A stretch of DNA of 64,000 nucleotides, taken from assembly GCA_963847445.1 (NCBI GenBank), contig CAWJZV010000011.1:1-64000 (forward strand). The letters are read 5' to 3'. Position 1 is the first letter of the stretch; each line of letters begins with the position of its first letter. This DNA comes from an uncultured delta proteobacterium. GTDB lineage: Bacteria > Desulfobacterota > Binatia > UBA9968. The position numbers and the translations under genes were made by a program. Below are positions 20,614 through 30,994 of this stretch, in pieces. The notes below the pieces were generated by a model. It did not search any database and had not been told where the DNA came from. It saw only the letters and a list, made by a program, of their open reading frames with translations.

Positions 20614-20878
20614 CACCACGAAGGCGCGAAGGACACGAAGGGTTCGGAAATATTTTTCCGAACTTCGTGCTCTTCGTATTACTATCTGTGATAATTTGCG
20701 TGGCTTGCGCAAATTTCTCGCTGCGCCAAAGCCAAGAGGGCGGGTTTCAAACCCGCCCCTACAACTCCCGATTCCTTTTTGCGCCCTATCGGTCCCGATC
20801 GCCCTGAGCATCGTCGAAGGGTGCGGCCATTCTTCAATTCGGTTGCGGCGCAGCCGCGCTATGTCCTTCGTGGTGAAT
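20614..20878 (+). repeat. Composite repeat, copy B, within CACCACGAAG-type arms
   Basis: caccacgaaggcgcgaaggacacgaag..cttcgtggtg; core 20702-20861 matches copy A, plus an insert at 20795-20821. Confidence 0.85.
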
Positions 20879-20944
20879 CCTATTCCCTCATTTTCGGTTG
20901 TGGCACTGCCTCGCTAGGCGCTTCGCGGTGAAGCCGAGAATTCA

Positions 20945-22165
20945 CTAACCCCCCGACACCGCTAAATCATGGGGCCGTTTGCCGAGGCGTTTGCCGCCGT
21001 TGGCGGTGACGACGATGGTGTCGCCCCAGGTGCTGAGCGATTGGCCGTCGGCGGCGACCGCTGACGGTTTGAAGATGAAGACCATGTTTTCTTGCAGCGT
21101 GACGCCGAGTTGACGCGGGCTCTTGGCGTGGGCGGTGATGATCGGACCGTCGTCGCCGGCGCCGCGGCCATGCATGTTCAGGTCGCCGCGGGCGCCGGCT
21201 GCTGGGCCAGATTTTGGCGCGGCGCTTTCGGCGGTCTTGATCGTCAGCTCAGCCAACTCTTTAACTGTGACGCCGGGTTTCAAGCGCTCCATGACGCGGT
21301 TGAAGATTTCGCGCTGGACTTTGATCAATTCTTGATGCACCGGGTTCGCCGCGCCGACGAACACCGGCTGCACACCCTGGGCGCGGTAGCCGACCCAATT
21401 CGCTTCCAGCTCGTTGATGATCAAATCGCCGTATTCCAATAGGCGCATGCTCGGGCGGGTGAGGGTGCGAACGGGGTTTCTGCCGGAGATCCAGTTGCAG
21501 TGCACCGGCATCTCCGAGCCGTTGTGCATCATGCCGTATTGGGCCGCGGCCCAAACATCCCAGTCTCGGACGCCGGGCTTGGCCGCTTCGATCTCTGCTT
21601 TGTAACCCTCCTCGACGATCGCCATCGACTTCGTCAGTACTTCGATTTCTTCAGCGCTCTTGATGTAGCGCACCTCGACCAGGATCGGCGTCGCGTCGGT
21701 TAACTGAGCGTTGGGAAAGGCATCGCGGATTCGTTGCCAGGTGCCGTGGAGGATCGTTCCTTCCGGCGTGCGCGTGCCCTCGACCTCTCCAAGGCCGGCG
21801 ATGCCGATGCGGCCGTTATCGATCTTTAATTCCTTAAGCCGCTCAACAATGATCTTGCCGTATTCGCGCCGCGCTTCGCGAACATCGGTGGTCCACTCTT
21901 GCGTGGTGGTCCAGCGCGGATTGGCCGAGGTGGCGATGGCGGTGACCGCGCCATGCAACGGAAACACCGCGGCGATATCGGCGTCGCCGCCGCCGCCGCA
22001 ATGGGTCAGGTAGCGGGTGTTGGCTTGAAAGTCCATGGAATGGCCGGTGTTCTGCGGCGTGACGATGACATCGAGGTGCTGCTCGGCCATTTTTTCGCGC
22101 ACGGCGCTCCAGCGGCGGTCGCGTTCAGCGAGAGAGAAACGAGGATAGGGGTACAGCTCGGACAT
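20945..22165 (-). CDS. M24 (pita-bread fold) family protein, non-canonical active site
   Basis: Creatinase-like N-terminal domain; R.IKS.EE; GDLIINE; HGRG; FKP; GDT. Confidence 0.85.
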   Translation of the reverse strand: MSELYPYPRFSLAERDRRWSAVREKMAEQHLDVIVTPQNTGHSMDFQANTRYLTHCGGGGDADIAAVFPLHGAVTAIATSANPRWTTTQEWTTDVREARREYGKIIVERLKELKIDNGRIGIAGLGEVEGTRTPEGTILHGTWQRIRDAFPNAQLTDATPILVEVRYIKSAEEIEVLTKSMAIVEEGYKAEIEAAKPGVRDWDVWAAAQYGMMHNGSEMPVHCNWISGRNPVRTLTRPSMRLLEYGDLIINELEANWVGYRAQGVQPVFVGAANPVHQELIKVQREIFNRVMERLKPGVTVKELAELTIKTAESAAPKSGPAAGARGDLNMHGRGAGDDGPIITAHAKSPRQLGVTLQENMVFIFKPSAVAADGQSLSTWGDTIVVTANGGKRLGKRPHDLAVSGG

Positions 22166-22172
22166 GGAAACT

Positions 22173-22301
22173 CCGTTCAAGGCGTTCAAAACGTTTAAAT
22201 CGTTCAAGCCGTCGGAATCGGATAAACCACGAAATACCCGAAAGTCACGAAAAAAGAATTTGACGATTCCTAGTTTCGTGCTTTTTGTGTGTTTAGTGGT
22301 T
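22173..22301. repeat. CGTTCAA 9-bp array plus AACCACGAA..TAGTGGTT palindrome
   Basis: Four GTT(C/T)AA units at 22173-22211; arms at 22224-22301. Confidence 0.7.
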
Positions 22302-22329
22302 GTCTTTCTTGCGGTTATACTGTGTCAGC

Positions 22330-22917
22330 TCAGTGCGGTTTTCGGCGCGCGCGCATGCGTGTGACCGAGGCTTGGAACAGCCGTTCCGCTTCGTCTGCCA
22401 ACTCTTTCGGCGGCCATTCTTCTTTGTGCACGCAGAGGCTCTTGTCGTAGGGGCCGACGTGGTACTTGCTGCGCATCTCTTCAGGCACGTCGGAACAATG
22501 AACTTCGAGGTGATTGCCGTCGGGGTCGTTGAAATAGATCTCCGCGCCTTTGGTTCCCGAGCGGGTCACCGGGCCGACGAAAGGAATCTGCCATGTATTG
22601 AAATGCTCGGCCCATTTCTCCAAATCTTCGGCGCAAGTATCGAGAGCCAGATGGGGATGAGACTGGTTCCAGTCCGGTTGGCCAAACTCTTGTTCGAAAA
22701 GATCGATCTCGAAATTGGCCGCCATGCGTATTCCGAATTGAAGCGATCGCGATAAACCCTTGGCGACACGGTCGGGAGCCGACTCGTGATGCGCCTCAGC
22801 GCCCAGGGCGACGATGTAAAAGCGCGCCGCGCGATAACGCTCTTTGACGGGAATGGTCAAATGATTCAAGCCGCGAATATGCAGCGGCGCATCGGGGTTG
22901 ATGTTTTCATCGCTCAT
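22330..22917 (-). CDS. VOC (glyoxalase/extradiol dioxygenase fold) protein
   Basis: LNHLTIPV, HPHLAL and YFNDPDGNHLE motifs. Confidence 0.85.
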   Translation of the reverse strand: MSDENINPDAPLHIRGLNHLTIPVKERYRAARFYIVALGAEAHHESAPDRVAKGLSRSLQFGIRMAANFEIDLFEQEFGQPDWNQSHPHLALDTCAEDLEKWAEHFNTWQIPFVGPVTRSGTKGAEIYFNDPDGNHLEVHCSDVPEEMRSKYHVGPYDKSLCVHKEEWPPKELADEAERLFQASVTRMRARRKPH

Positions 22918-22953
22918 GGGGATCCTCCGTTTGGGAATTGCCGCATCTATTTT

Positions 22954-24144
22954 TTAAACCGCTACGAATGTCAGTTCTCGTTTGCCCAGACGCCGTGCGC
23001 CGTTCGCTTCGATGGCCACGGTGTCGCCGGCGCGGATGGAGTCGCGCATGAAGCCCTGTTTGCAGGCGGGCTTCAAGATGAACACATGGCCTTCTTTCAA
23101 TAGCTGATCTTTTTCGGGAAAATCCTTGCGCGCGCCCCAGAGCATCGGCGCGTCTTCGCCCAAGCCGCGGCCATGCATGAGGGCGCCGTCGGGTTCGTAG
23201 CCGGCGGCGGCGACTTCGTCCTGGTAAAACTTCACGACCGCGCCGAAGGTGATGCCGGGTTTCAGGAATTTCAACATGCGGTCGAAAATGACCTTGGTGG
23301 CGTCGAAGATTTTCTCTAATTCTTTTGGCTTTGGTCCGAGGGAGATCGGTTGCAGTGCCTGGGCGATGTAGCCGGCGTATTTGCCTTCGACTTCGGTGTT
23401 GATCAAGTCGCCTGCTTTCAGTTTTCTTGTCGTGAACACCCGCTGTGCCCAGGGCACTTCCGGTCCGCCGGTGCCGAACAGCATCATGGTGATCGGCTCA
23501 CCGCCGCGGCGCACCACTTCGCGGAGCATTTCGGCGATCAGCTCGTGTTCGCCAACACCGACCTTGGCGTGTTGGATCAAGACTTCGTTAGCGTGGCCGA
23601 TGATCTCCGCAGCCTTCTCTATGAACGCGACTTCTTCGGCGCTTTTCACCGAGCGTACTTCTTGCATGACATCGGTGGCGTTGGCGAACTTCACATTGGG
23701 CAGCGCCGTGCGAATCTTTTCAAAGGTTCCCCAGGGCACGACCCCTTCCGGGGCGCGCACCATGCCCGAGAGAGCGACGACGCCGACGCGTGTGGCGCGG
23801 ACTTCTTTCAAGCGCTCGATGACCGGTTCGCCGTAGGAACGGCGCGATGGGCGAATGTCTTTGACCCAGTCCTGCGCCAGGCCCCACCATTCGATTTCGT
23901 TTTCCCCGCGCACCACGGCGGTGACTTCGGCTTCCAAGGGAATTACGCAGCCGACTTCGGTCTGAGTGCCGCCGATCTGGGTGATGTAGCGTGTGTCGCA
24001 GCCGAACTGGTCCCAGTGGCCTTCGTGGGGCAAGGCGATGAGCGCGTCGAAATCGGCCTGCTTCATCGCCGCGCGCAGCAGCGACCAGCGCCGGTCGCGT
24101 TCTTTCATTGAGAAGGTTGGGATGATCGGTTTTTCTAGTGCCAC
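22954..24144 (-). CDS. M24 family protein, non-canonical active site
   Basis: Paralogue of 20945-22165; RSVKSAEE; GDLINTE; HGRGLG; LKP; GDT. Confidence 0.85.
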   Translation of the reverse strand: MALEKPIIPTFSMKERDRRWSLLRAAMKQADFDALIALPHEGHWDQFGCDTRYITQIGGTQTEVGCVIPLEAEVTAVVRGENEIEWWGLAQDWVKDIRPSRRSYGEPVIERLKEVRATRVGVVALSGMVRAPEGVVPWGTFEKIRTALPNVKFANATDVMQEVRSVKSAEEVAFIEKAAEIIGHANEVLIQHAKVGVGEHELIAEMLREVVRRGGEPITMMLFGTGGPEVPWAQRVFTTRKLKAGDLINTEVEGKYAGYIAQALQPISLGPKPKELEKIFDATKVIFDRMLKFLKPGITFGAVVKFYQDEVAAAGYEPDGALMHGRGLGEDAPMLWGARKDFPEKDQLLKEGHVFILKPACKQGFMRDSIRAGDTVAIEANGARRLGKRELTFVAV

Positions 24145-24246
24145 GGTGAATAATCTCTCCGGGTGAATGGAGTAATGGAGTGGTGGAGTGATGGGTCAAG
24201 CCAATACTTTATTACTGCAGCACGCCAGTTGTCTTTTGAAACGCTT

Positions 24247-25144
24247 TTACTTCTGAATCTTTACACCTTTATCGAAGCTCGAGATGCCTCGGCCCTGCTT
24301 TTGGCGATTTTCAACGGTGAGTTTCCATTTCTCTTCGTCGGAGATCATTCCGGCCTCTTTGTCGCCGAGGGCGGTGATCTGCAAATAATTGGTGTCGGGA
24401 TCGAAAAAATAAATGCTTCGTTCGCCGTCCGGGCGCAGGCCGTCGGTGGCGCGGAAGTCGCCGAGAGATCTACCTTCCAGTTTGGGTATGCGTTCGAGCA
24501 TCACGTCGTAATCTTCCTGGCTGACGTTGAAGGCGACGTGGCAGGCGCGGCCTTTCTTTTTGGTCCGTTCGGACAGTTCTTTAACTTCTTTGACGCCGAC
24601 CATCTGGCCGTTTTGAAATTCGAAGAGCGTCTCGCCGCGCACTTCGCCGACACGTTTGAGGCCCAGGCCTTCGGTGTAGAAACGCGTGGCCCGGGCGAGG
24701 TTGGCGGTCTCGAAAATCACATGACTGATGCCGTCCTTGGCCGCCAGCGGTTGGCGGCGCACGCAAAGTTCGATCTGGTTGTCGTCGGGATCGATGAACT
24801 GAAACGCTTTGACGAATGGCGAATCCGATTCGATGGATTTCGACGTCAAAACATTTGACGCCGCTGGCGCGAATTTTTTCCACCGCGGTATCGAAGCTCG
24901 ATTCATCGGCCAAGGCCAGGGCGTAGCGCGGCGCGCCGCTCGCCGATGCCGGCACGGCGACGCCCGGCAAGGTCAAGCCGACGATGTTCTCGCCGGCTTT
25001 CACATAAGTGTGGCGCGGCGAGCCGTCGGCGTTTTTGCGCTGGGTCATGAACGCCAGACCGACGGTTTCCAAATAAAATTTTTCCGAGCGCGGCAAATCC
25101 CGCACCGGGAAGGCGACATGGTCGAGGGTCTCAGCTTGAAACAT
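24247..25144 (-). CDS. Two-domain VOC protein (frameshifted)
   Basis: LDHVAFPV..; FIDPDDNQIEL; ISHVIF; CHVAF; YFFDPDTNYLQ across two frames. Confidence 0.8.
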
Positions 25145-25156
25145 AGGATTCTCCGT

Positions 25157-26253
25157 TTAGTGCCCTGAGGATTTTCGCTTCAAAACGACTTCGTCGAGGA
25201 TCTGCACGCCGTCTTTCAACAGCTTGGCATTTTGTTCCAGTGTGTTGAGCTGGATGCGCGGCGTGCCGAGCAGAGTTTTGCAGCTCCTTCATGCGCGGAT
25301 AGATCGGCTCGACTTTGGGATGGGCGACGACGCGGCCTTCCCTGGCGATCAAGCGTTGGCCTTCTTCCGAGATCAGATAGTCGTAAAAAAGCGCAGCAGC
25401 ATGAGGATGTGGGGCATTGCGCGCCAAAGTGAGCGGATAGATCAAGGCGGGGATCAAATCCTCCGCGACCCAGTCGACCGGTGCATTCGCCGCGCGCAGT
25501 CCTTCGTTGTTGTAGGCGTAAGTGGTCACCGCGAGGTTGCCCTCGCCGGCCATCATCATTTGCGTCGTGGTATCGCGGCCGACGCGGATCATGAGATTTT
25601 GCTGGGTCAATTTGTTCAGGTAATTCACCGTTCGTTCTTTGCCCCAGGCGGCGAGCATCGCCATGACTTCTTCGAGCGACGATTCGTCAAAGAGAATCTC
25701 GTTTTTCCACTTGGGTTGGAGCAAGTCGTCCCAACTCTTGGGCGCGTCCTTGGGGTTGACCTTGCGCGGATTGAAGGCGAACACTCGGAAGGCATAGTTC
25801 ATGTTGGTGTAAAACGGCGACTTCGCATGGGCCGGATAGATCGCCCGCAGCGGCGTGTCGTATTTACCGATTAAGTTGCGTTCGAGCAAAATCGGCAGGA
25901 GGTCGGTGGACGGTTTGATGACGTCGACCAGGTGTTTGCCGGCGTTGGCTTCCGCTACGATTCTTTGGGTCACCTGGCGGGTCTTTGAGCGCCAGAAGTT
26001 GGCGTTGATGAACGGGTACTTTTTCTTGAAACTCTGGATGTAGCGGGTGGCGTTCTCGATGCCCGAGTTGGTGTACCACACCATGTCGCCTTCTCTTTTG
26101 GCGCCTTCGATGAGCTTCTTTTCGCGCTCGGCGGCGGGCAGCTTCTCAAGAGATTTCCAAAGATCCTCGGAGGTCTGAGCTTGGCAGCAGGACCGGCGAA
26201 ATAACTTGTCAGCATGGCCGTGCGACAACGGCGAGTTTGAGCGAAAATCTCAT
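25157..26253 (-). CDS. ABC transporter substrate-binding protein (Fe3+/polyamine-like cluster), frameshifted
   Basis: EGAKREG..WYT; PKSWDDLL; APHPHAAALFYDY motifs. Confidence 0.8.
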
Positions 26254-26330
26254 GACGTCATACTCCTATTGCGCACGGCTTTAAACTCTATTTCACAGCG
26301 CCGATGGCTGCAACCGATCCGCGCGGCGGA

Positions 26331-27314
26331 TCAGTTGGGCCGGTTCATCCCAGGCCGGTTGATTTCGTCGAGGATGCTGTGATCGATCACTTGTTTATAG
26401 GTGAGCTGCACCGGCTGCTCCATGCTTTTTTCCAGCAGCTCAAGGGAGATTTTGAACTGCCGCTCGGTGAAATAAGGATAGCTCAGCGTGATGCCATCTT
26501 CATAGGCCGCCTCGACGACTTCGGGATGCTGAATGCGCAAATGTTTGCGGATCAGCCGCAGCGATAGTTCCTTGTTGCTCTTCTGCCGTTCCGACGCCTC
26601 CATCATGGCTGTGAGCAGGGATTTGAAAGCGCGCCGCTGGTTTTGCAGCGTGTCTTTCTTGGCGACGAAGATCGACGGCGGAAACGGATAGTCGGGCCGT
26701 TCGAGTTTGGCCAGATCGCGAAAACCCTTACGTTTAAGCTGGAGGGTGTAATAGCGGTTGAACGAACTGCCCATCGTGGTTCCCGCCTCCACGGCTGCAG
26801 CGCGTTGTCCCTGACCGCCGGTTGATAGAAACGTGATCTTGCGCGGATCGATGCCCATGCGTTCGAGAATGACCGTGGTGTAACCATGGTCGGCCGAGCG
26901 CGGCCGGCTGACACCGATGATTTTGCCTTCCAAATCTTTGCCGGTTTTGATCGCCGCATTGACCACCAACCAATGCTCCGAAGCGGAACCCCACGCGCCG
27001 ATGGTGGTCAACGGCGGCGGGTTTTTCGCCGCGAGCACGGCGAATAGCGACTGCGGCGTGCCGAAGGCGGTATCGACTTCGCCGGCGAGCAGCGCCGCCG
27101 TGGATAGATTGGACTGCATCCAGATCACTTCGACGTCGATGCCATGCTTGGCGAAGATTCCCTGCTCCTGGCCGATCCAGAACGGCACCAGGGACGAGCC
27201 GATGAACAGCGTGCTGACGCGCAGCTTCTCACGCTCCTGGGCGTGAACGCTGACTGCCGCGGCGCTGAAAAGTGCGACAAACAAAAAAGCCAGAATAGTG
27301 ATATTTCGCTTCAT
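26331..27314 (-). CDS. NitT/TauT (NMT1/THI5-like) ABC substrate-binding protein
   Basis: Signal peptide; GIFAKHGIDVE; DLEGKIIGV. Confidence 0.85.
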   Translation of the reverse strand: MKRNITILAFLFVALFSAAAVSVHAQEREKLRVSTLFIGSSLVPFWIGQEQGIFAKHGIDVEVIWMQSNLSTAALLAGEVDTAFGTPQSLFAVLAAKNPPPLTTIGAWGSASEHWLVVNAAIKTGKDLEGKIIGVSRPRSADHGYTTVILERMGIDPRKITFLSTGGQGQRAAAVEAGTTMGSSFNRYYTLQLKRKGFRDLAKLERPDYPFPPSIFVAKKDTLQNQRRAFKSLLTAMMEASERQKSNKELSLRLIRKHLRIQHPEVVEAAYEDGITLSYPYFTERQFKISLELLEKSMEQPVQLTYKQVIDHSILDEINRPGMNRPN

Positions 27315-27335
27315 GGTTCGATTCTAAACACGGTC

Positions 27336-27992
27336 TCAGTCGGTTTCCTCCGTCCGGCGTTTGGGCCGCGATAGGTATTCTTTCAATAGCGGTGAATCGT
27401 AATCGGCTTTACCGACGCCTTGGAGATGGGCGTAGTATTTGCCGGTGGATTTGCCTTGCTCGTCATATTTCGTCCCCATGTAGAGCAGCGGGTTGGCGTC
27501 TTCGCGATAGAGCTCGCCTTCCATGACGCCTTTGCGGATATGCGTGGCGAGGACTTCGCCGACGAACAAGTCCATGCCGTCGTCGAAAGGGATCTGCTTG
27601 ACGACTTTGTATTCGACGTTGCCGATCGCTTCGCCGATCAGCGGCACGGAGATTTTCGACGGCGCCACGGCGGTGAGCTTGGCCGCCGCCCACTTGTCGA
27701 CATCGTGACCGGAAATGTAGCCGGCGAAAACCACCACGTCCATCATCTTGTCGGTGGGCGCGCTCATGACGAACTCGCCGCGCTCCAGCAGGAAGTCGTA
27801 AGTCAAAGTTTTTTTCTGAACCGCCACGATCATGCGCGACGGCTCGGCGCCGGTGGGGGTGAACCACATGGCGGTCAAAAAGTTCAGGCGATCGTTTTTG
27901 CCGCGGGTGACGACCAGCGACGGGATGCGGATGGAAAAAGGTTTGTTGCCGTGGTTGCCAGCTTCAAAATCGACCGGATCGTGCCAATTCAT
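27336..27992 (-). CDS. Flavin reductase-like family protein
   Basis: N..TAMW; GEFV; SGHDVDK; VPLIGE; LFVGEV motifs. Confidence 0.85.
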   Translation of the reverse strand: MNWHDPVDFEAGNHGNKPFSIRIPSLVVTRGKNDRLNFLTAMWFTPTGAEPSRMIVAVQKKTLTYDFLLERGEFVMSAPTDKMMDVVVFAGYISGHDVDKWAAAKLTAVAPSKISVPLIGEAIGNVEYKVVKQIPFDDGMDLFVGEVLATHIRKGVMEGELYREDANPLLYMGTKYDEQGKSTGKYYAHLQGVGKADYDSPLLKEYLSRPKRRTEETD

Positions 27993-28130
27993 AGTCCGTC
28001 TTTTCTATAGAATCTCGCGATTATTTCAACTCGGATTTGCGTCTAGGGTTTTGAGTTCGGATAACCGCAAACCCCACACTCAAGACTCAATTCGGTTGTG
28101 GTTCAGTTTGATTTTAACGTCGCATCTCAA

Positions 28131-28421
28131 TGTAGGGGCTGACCTGCGTGTCGGCCCTCCGAACGGACGGACACATAGGTCCGCCCCGACAAAATTTGGC
28201 TAAACTGAACCACTACTGTAATTCATTGAAGGCCGGCCCCCGCTTATCCTCCCGAAGGGCAACCACAGGGGGTTGCCCCACTACCGGACAACGTCGTAAA
28301 CAGAGATGCATGGTCGACATCGGGGAGGGATTGGAGTCCCGTAGGATGGGTGGAGGCACCTTGTGCCGATACCCATCGTCTTCTGAGCTGATGGGTATCG
28401 CTTCGCTCCACCCATCCTACG
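28131..28421. repeat. Cluster of GTAG/CTAC REP-like hairpins
   Basis: gtaggggctgacc..ggccc; gggcaaccacagggggttgccc; gtaggatgggtggag..ctccacccatcctac. Confidence 0.75.
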
Positions 28422-29353
28422 ACGCGCCAACTCGTAACAATCCTGCCGCTTGCCTTGTGCCATTGATTTCATCCAACACCATTTCTTCCACCGACTGAAT
28501 CTTCCAACCGAATTCGTTTACCGTGCGTGAGTTGTCGAAGTTCCATGCTGGCACGCGGGCTTTTTCGTCGAAGGTGATTTCGGCGTTCGGGTAGATATTT
28601 CTTGACGAGGGTGGCGAGATCTTTACCGGTTGGGCTTGGGCCGGTGCCCATGTAGGTGTCTTGTTTCACCTCGCTCGCCAGCGCCATCTTGGTGTAGAGC
28701 TGGGCGATGTCGCCGACGCCGACGATGTTGCGCGGGCCGTTGGACGGCCAGTTGGCGAAGCCGGGTTTGCCGAGAGCGGGGTCTTGGATCATCCGTTTCG
28801 AGAAGGCGGTGTTGCCGGGGCCGATGACTGCGGCGGAGTGGACTTTGACGATCTGGACGCCGTAGATTTTGCTGTAGCGCTCGGCTAGTCCGTTGTTGAC
28901 CAGCTTCATCAAGCCGTAGAGGCTTTTCGGCGCGCGCGGTTCGGTGTTCTCATCGATCGGCTCGGAGCCGTAGCCGTCTTGGTAGCCGAAGATACCGACG
29001 GTGCTGGCAAAGATGATTCGTTGCATTTTCGCCAAGCGCGCGGCTTCGAACAGATTGGTCACGCCAATGATATTGACGCGGGCGGCGTTCAATAGATCGC
29101 GGCATTCGGGCGAGAGCAGCGGCGTCATGTAGTAGCCCAGCGCGACCATGCGCTGAATGCCGTTCTCCAATACCGCCGACATGACTTCTTCGAGATTAGT
29201 CATGTTGCCTTGGATGAACGGCACGCCAGGCACCGACCATTGCGCCGGCGCGGGCACGAGATCGAAGGCGACGACTTCGGCGCCTTGAGCCGCTAGGTTT
29301 TTCACCACGTGGCGGCCGATGTAGCCGCTGCTGCCGACGACCATGATTTTCAT
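28417..29353 (-). CDS. NAD-dependent epimerase/dehydratase (frameshift near 28590)
   Basis: GSSGYIG and YGLMK motifs; the corrected C-terminus ends at a TAG inside the REP hairpin. Confidence 0.85.
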
Positions 29354-29485
29354 TGAATGACCTCCGCGATTGCTCTGGGATTTATACGACGTTGGGATTG
29401 AAACACGCAACATCGAATCAGCGTTGAACATGAAATAGCAGGTTTGTTATGAGAGGCTTAGGGTGTGATCGGAAGTCCGTGGTTT

Positions 29486-29571
29486 TCTCTCCCCTTGCGG
29501 GAGAGAGTTAGAGTGAGGGGTATTGAGAGATTCTCGCACCCTCTCCTCAATCTCTCCCGTCGAGGGAGAGG
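29486..29571. repeat. CTCTCCC..GGGAGAG palindrome pair
   Basis: ctctccccttgcgggagagagttagagtgagggg / ccctctcctcaatctctcccgtcgagggagagg. Confidence 0.7.
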
Positions 29572-29632
29572 AGGCAAGATTACCGTGAGGACAGTGTAGC
29601 CAGCCAGTACCAGTAGGCGAGGAGACCAGTTT

Positions 29633-30731
29633 ATGACTGTTGAAAAACCAAGAATCATCGACGCCGACGGTCACGTCGCTGAGGATTCGGCGGCGATCAT
29701 TGCGCGGATGCCGGAGGCGTATCGGGACAAGGCGAAATCACAGCCGTTCAATCCGTTTCCGCCGTTCGACCATTTGCACGCGGGGCATCTGGTCGACATG
29801 CCGCCGGGGGCGTTTAACCGCAAAGTCGGGCCGCAGGAGTGGTTGGCGTTTTTGGACGAAGTCGGCATCCATACGACGGTGCTCTATCCGACCGCGGGCG
29901 TGGCCTCGGCGAATATCGTCAATCCCGACTGGGCGGTCGATGCCACGCGGGCGTACAACGATTGGCTGTCCGAGACTTATTTACAGCATAGTCCGCGTTT
30001 TCGCGGCCTGGCGCTCTTGCCGCAATCGCTGATCGATCCGCGGCGCCGCGGCCGATGAGCTGCGCCGTGCCGTGACCAAGCTCGGTATGTGCGGCGCGGT
30101 GCTGCCGTCGAATAGTTTGCACGCGCCGCCGTTGGGTACGCCGACCTATTTCCCGGTTTATGAAGCCGCCAATGAACTGGGTTGCTGCGTCGCCATTCAT
30201 GGCGGCGTGCATGGCAACATGGGTATGGACGGCCTCGATCCCTACGCGGCGGTACACGCCATCGGCCATCCGTTGGGACAGATGATCTCGCTGGCCTCGC
30301 TGGTCTTCAACGGAGTGCTGGAGAGGTTCCCGAAGATTCGCTTCGGCTTTCTCGAAGGCGGCGTCGCCTGGTTGCTTTTCTGCCTGGAGCGCTTCGATCG
30401 ATCCTACGATACCCATGTGATGCGCGATCTGCGCGGCAGTTATTTAAAACTACGGCCCGGTGAGAAAGTCAGCGACTACATCATCCGCCATGTCAAAGCG
30501 CGGCGCATCTTCGTCGGCTGCGAAGGCGGCGAGCCGTTGATCGGCAAAGCCGTGCAGATGGTCGGCAACGAGCCATTCATGTATTCGAGCGACTTTCCAC
30601 ATGAGGTCAACGCCGCGACCTGCAAGAAAGAGTTGGACGAGTTGATTGAAAATGACGAACTGTCGGAAGCGGATAAGGACGCGATCTTGTATGAGAATGC
30701 GATCCAATTCTACGGAATCAGGGAGAATTAG
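29633..30731 (+). CDS. Amidohydrolase-2 family protein (decarboxylase/hydratase-like), frameshifted
   Basis: IIDADGH, VLYPT, AYNDW, FLEGG and YSSDFPH motifs. Confidence 0.88.
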
Positions 30732-30743
30732 CCGCAAAGAACT

Positions 30744-30960
30744 TAGCATAGCACAGCCGCAACCGAAGAAGTAAAGAGGAATTGCACCGCAGAGGCACAG
30801 AGTTCGCAGAGTTCGGAATTAACTTAATCAAAAACTCCTACTCCGCGTCCTCGGCGCCTCTGCGGTGAGTCTTCCGAAGATTTGCGCAGACTGAGCAAGC
30901 TATTATGGATAGCAATGCAAAAGGCGCAGAGAAGAGGGCGTATACAATACGCCCCTACGA
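30744..30960. repeat. Composite repeat remnants with CACCGCAGAG palindrome and GGGCGTAT..ATACGCCCCTAC hairpin
   Basis: gcacagccgcaaccg arm; palindrome at 30785-30867; hairpin at 30935-30958. Confidence 0.7.
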
Positions 30961-30994
30961 GAACTTTCGGAGCGCTGCATGCCGCGCCCGACGA

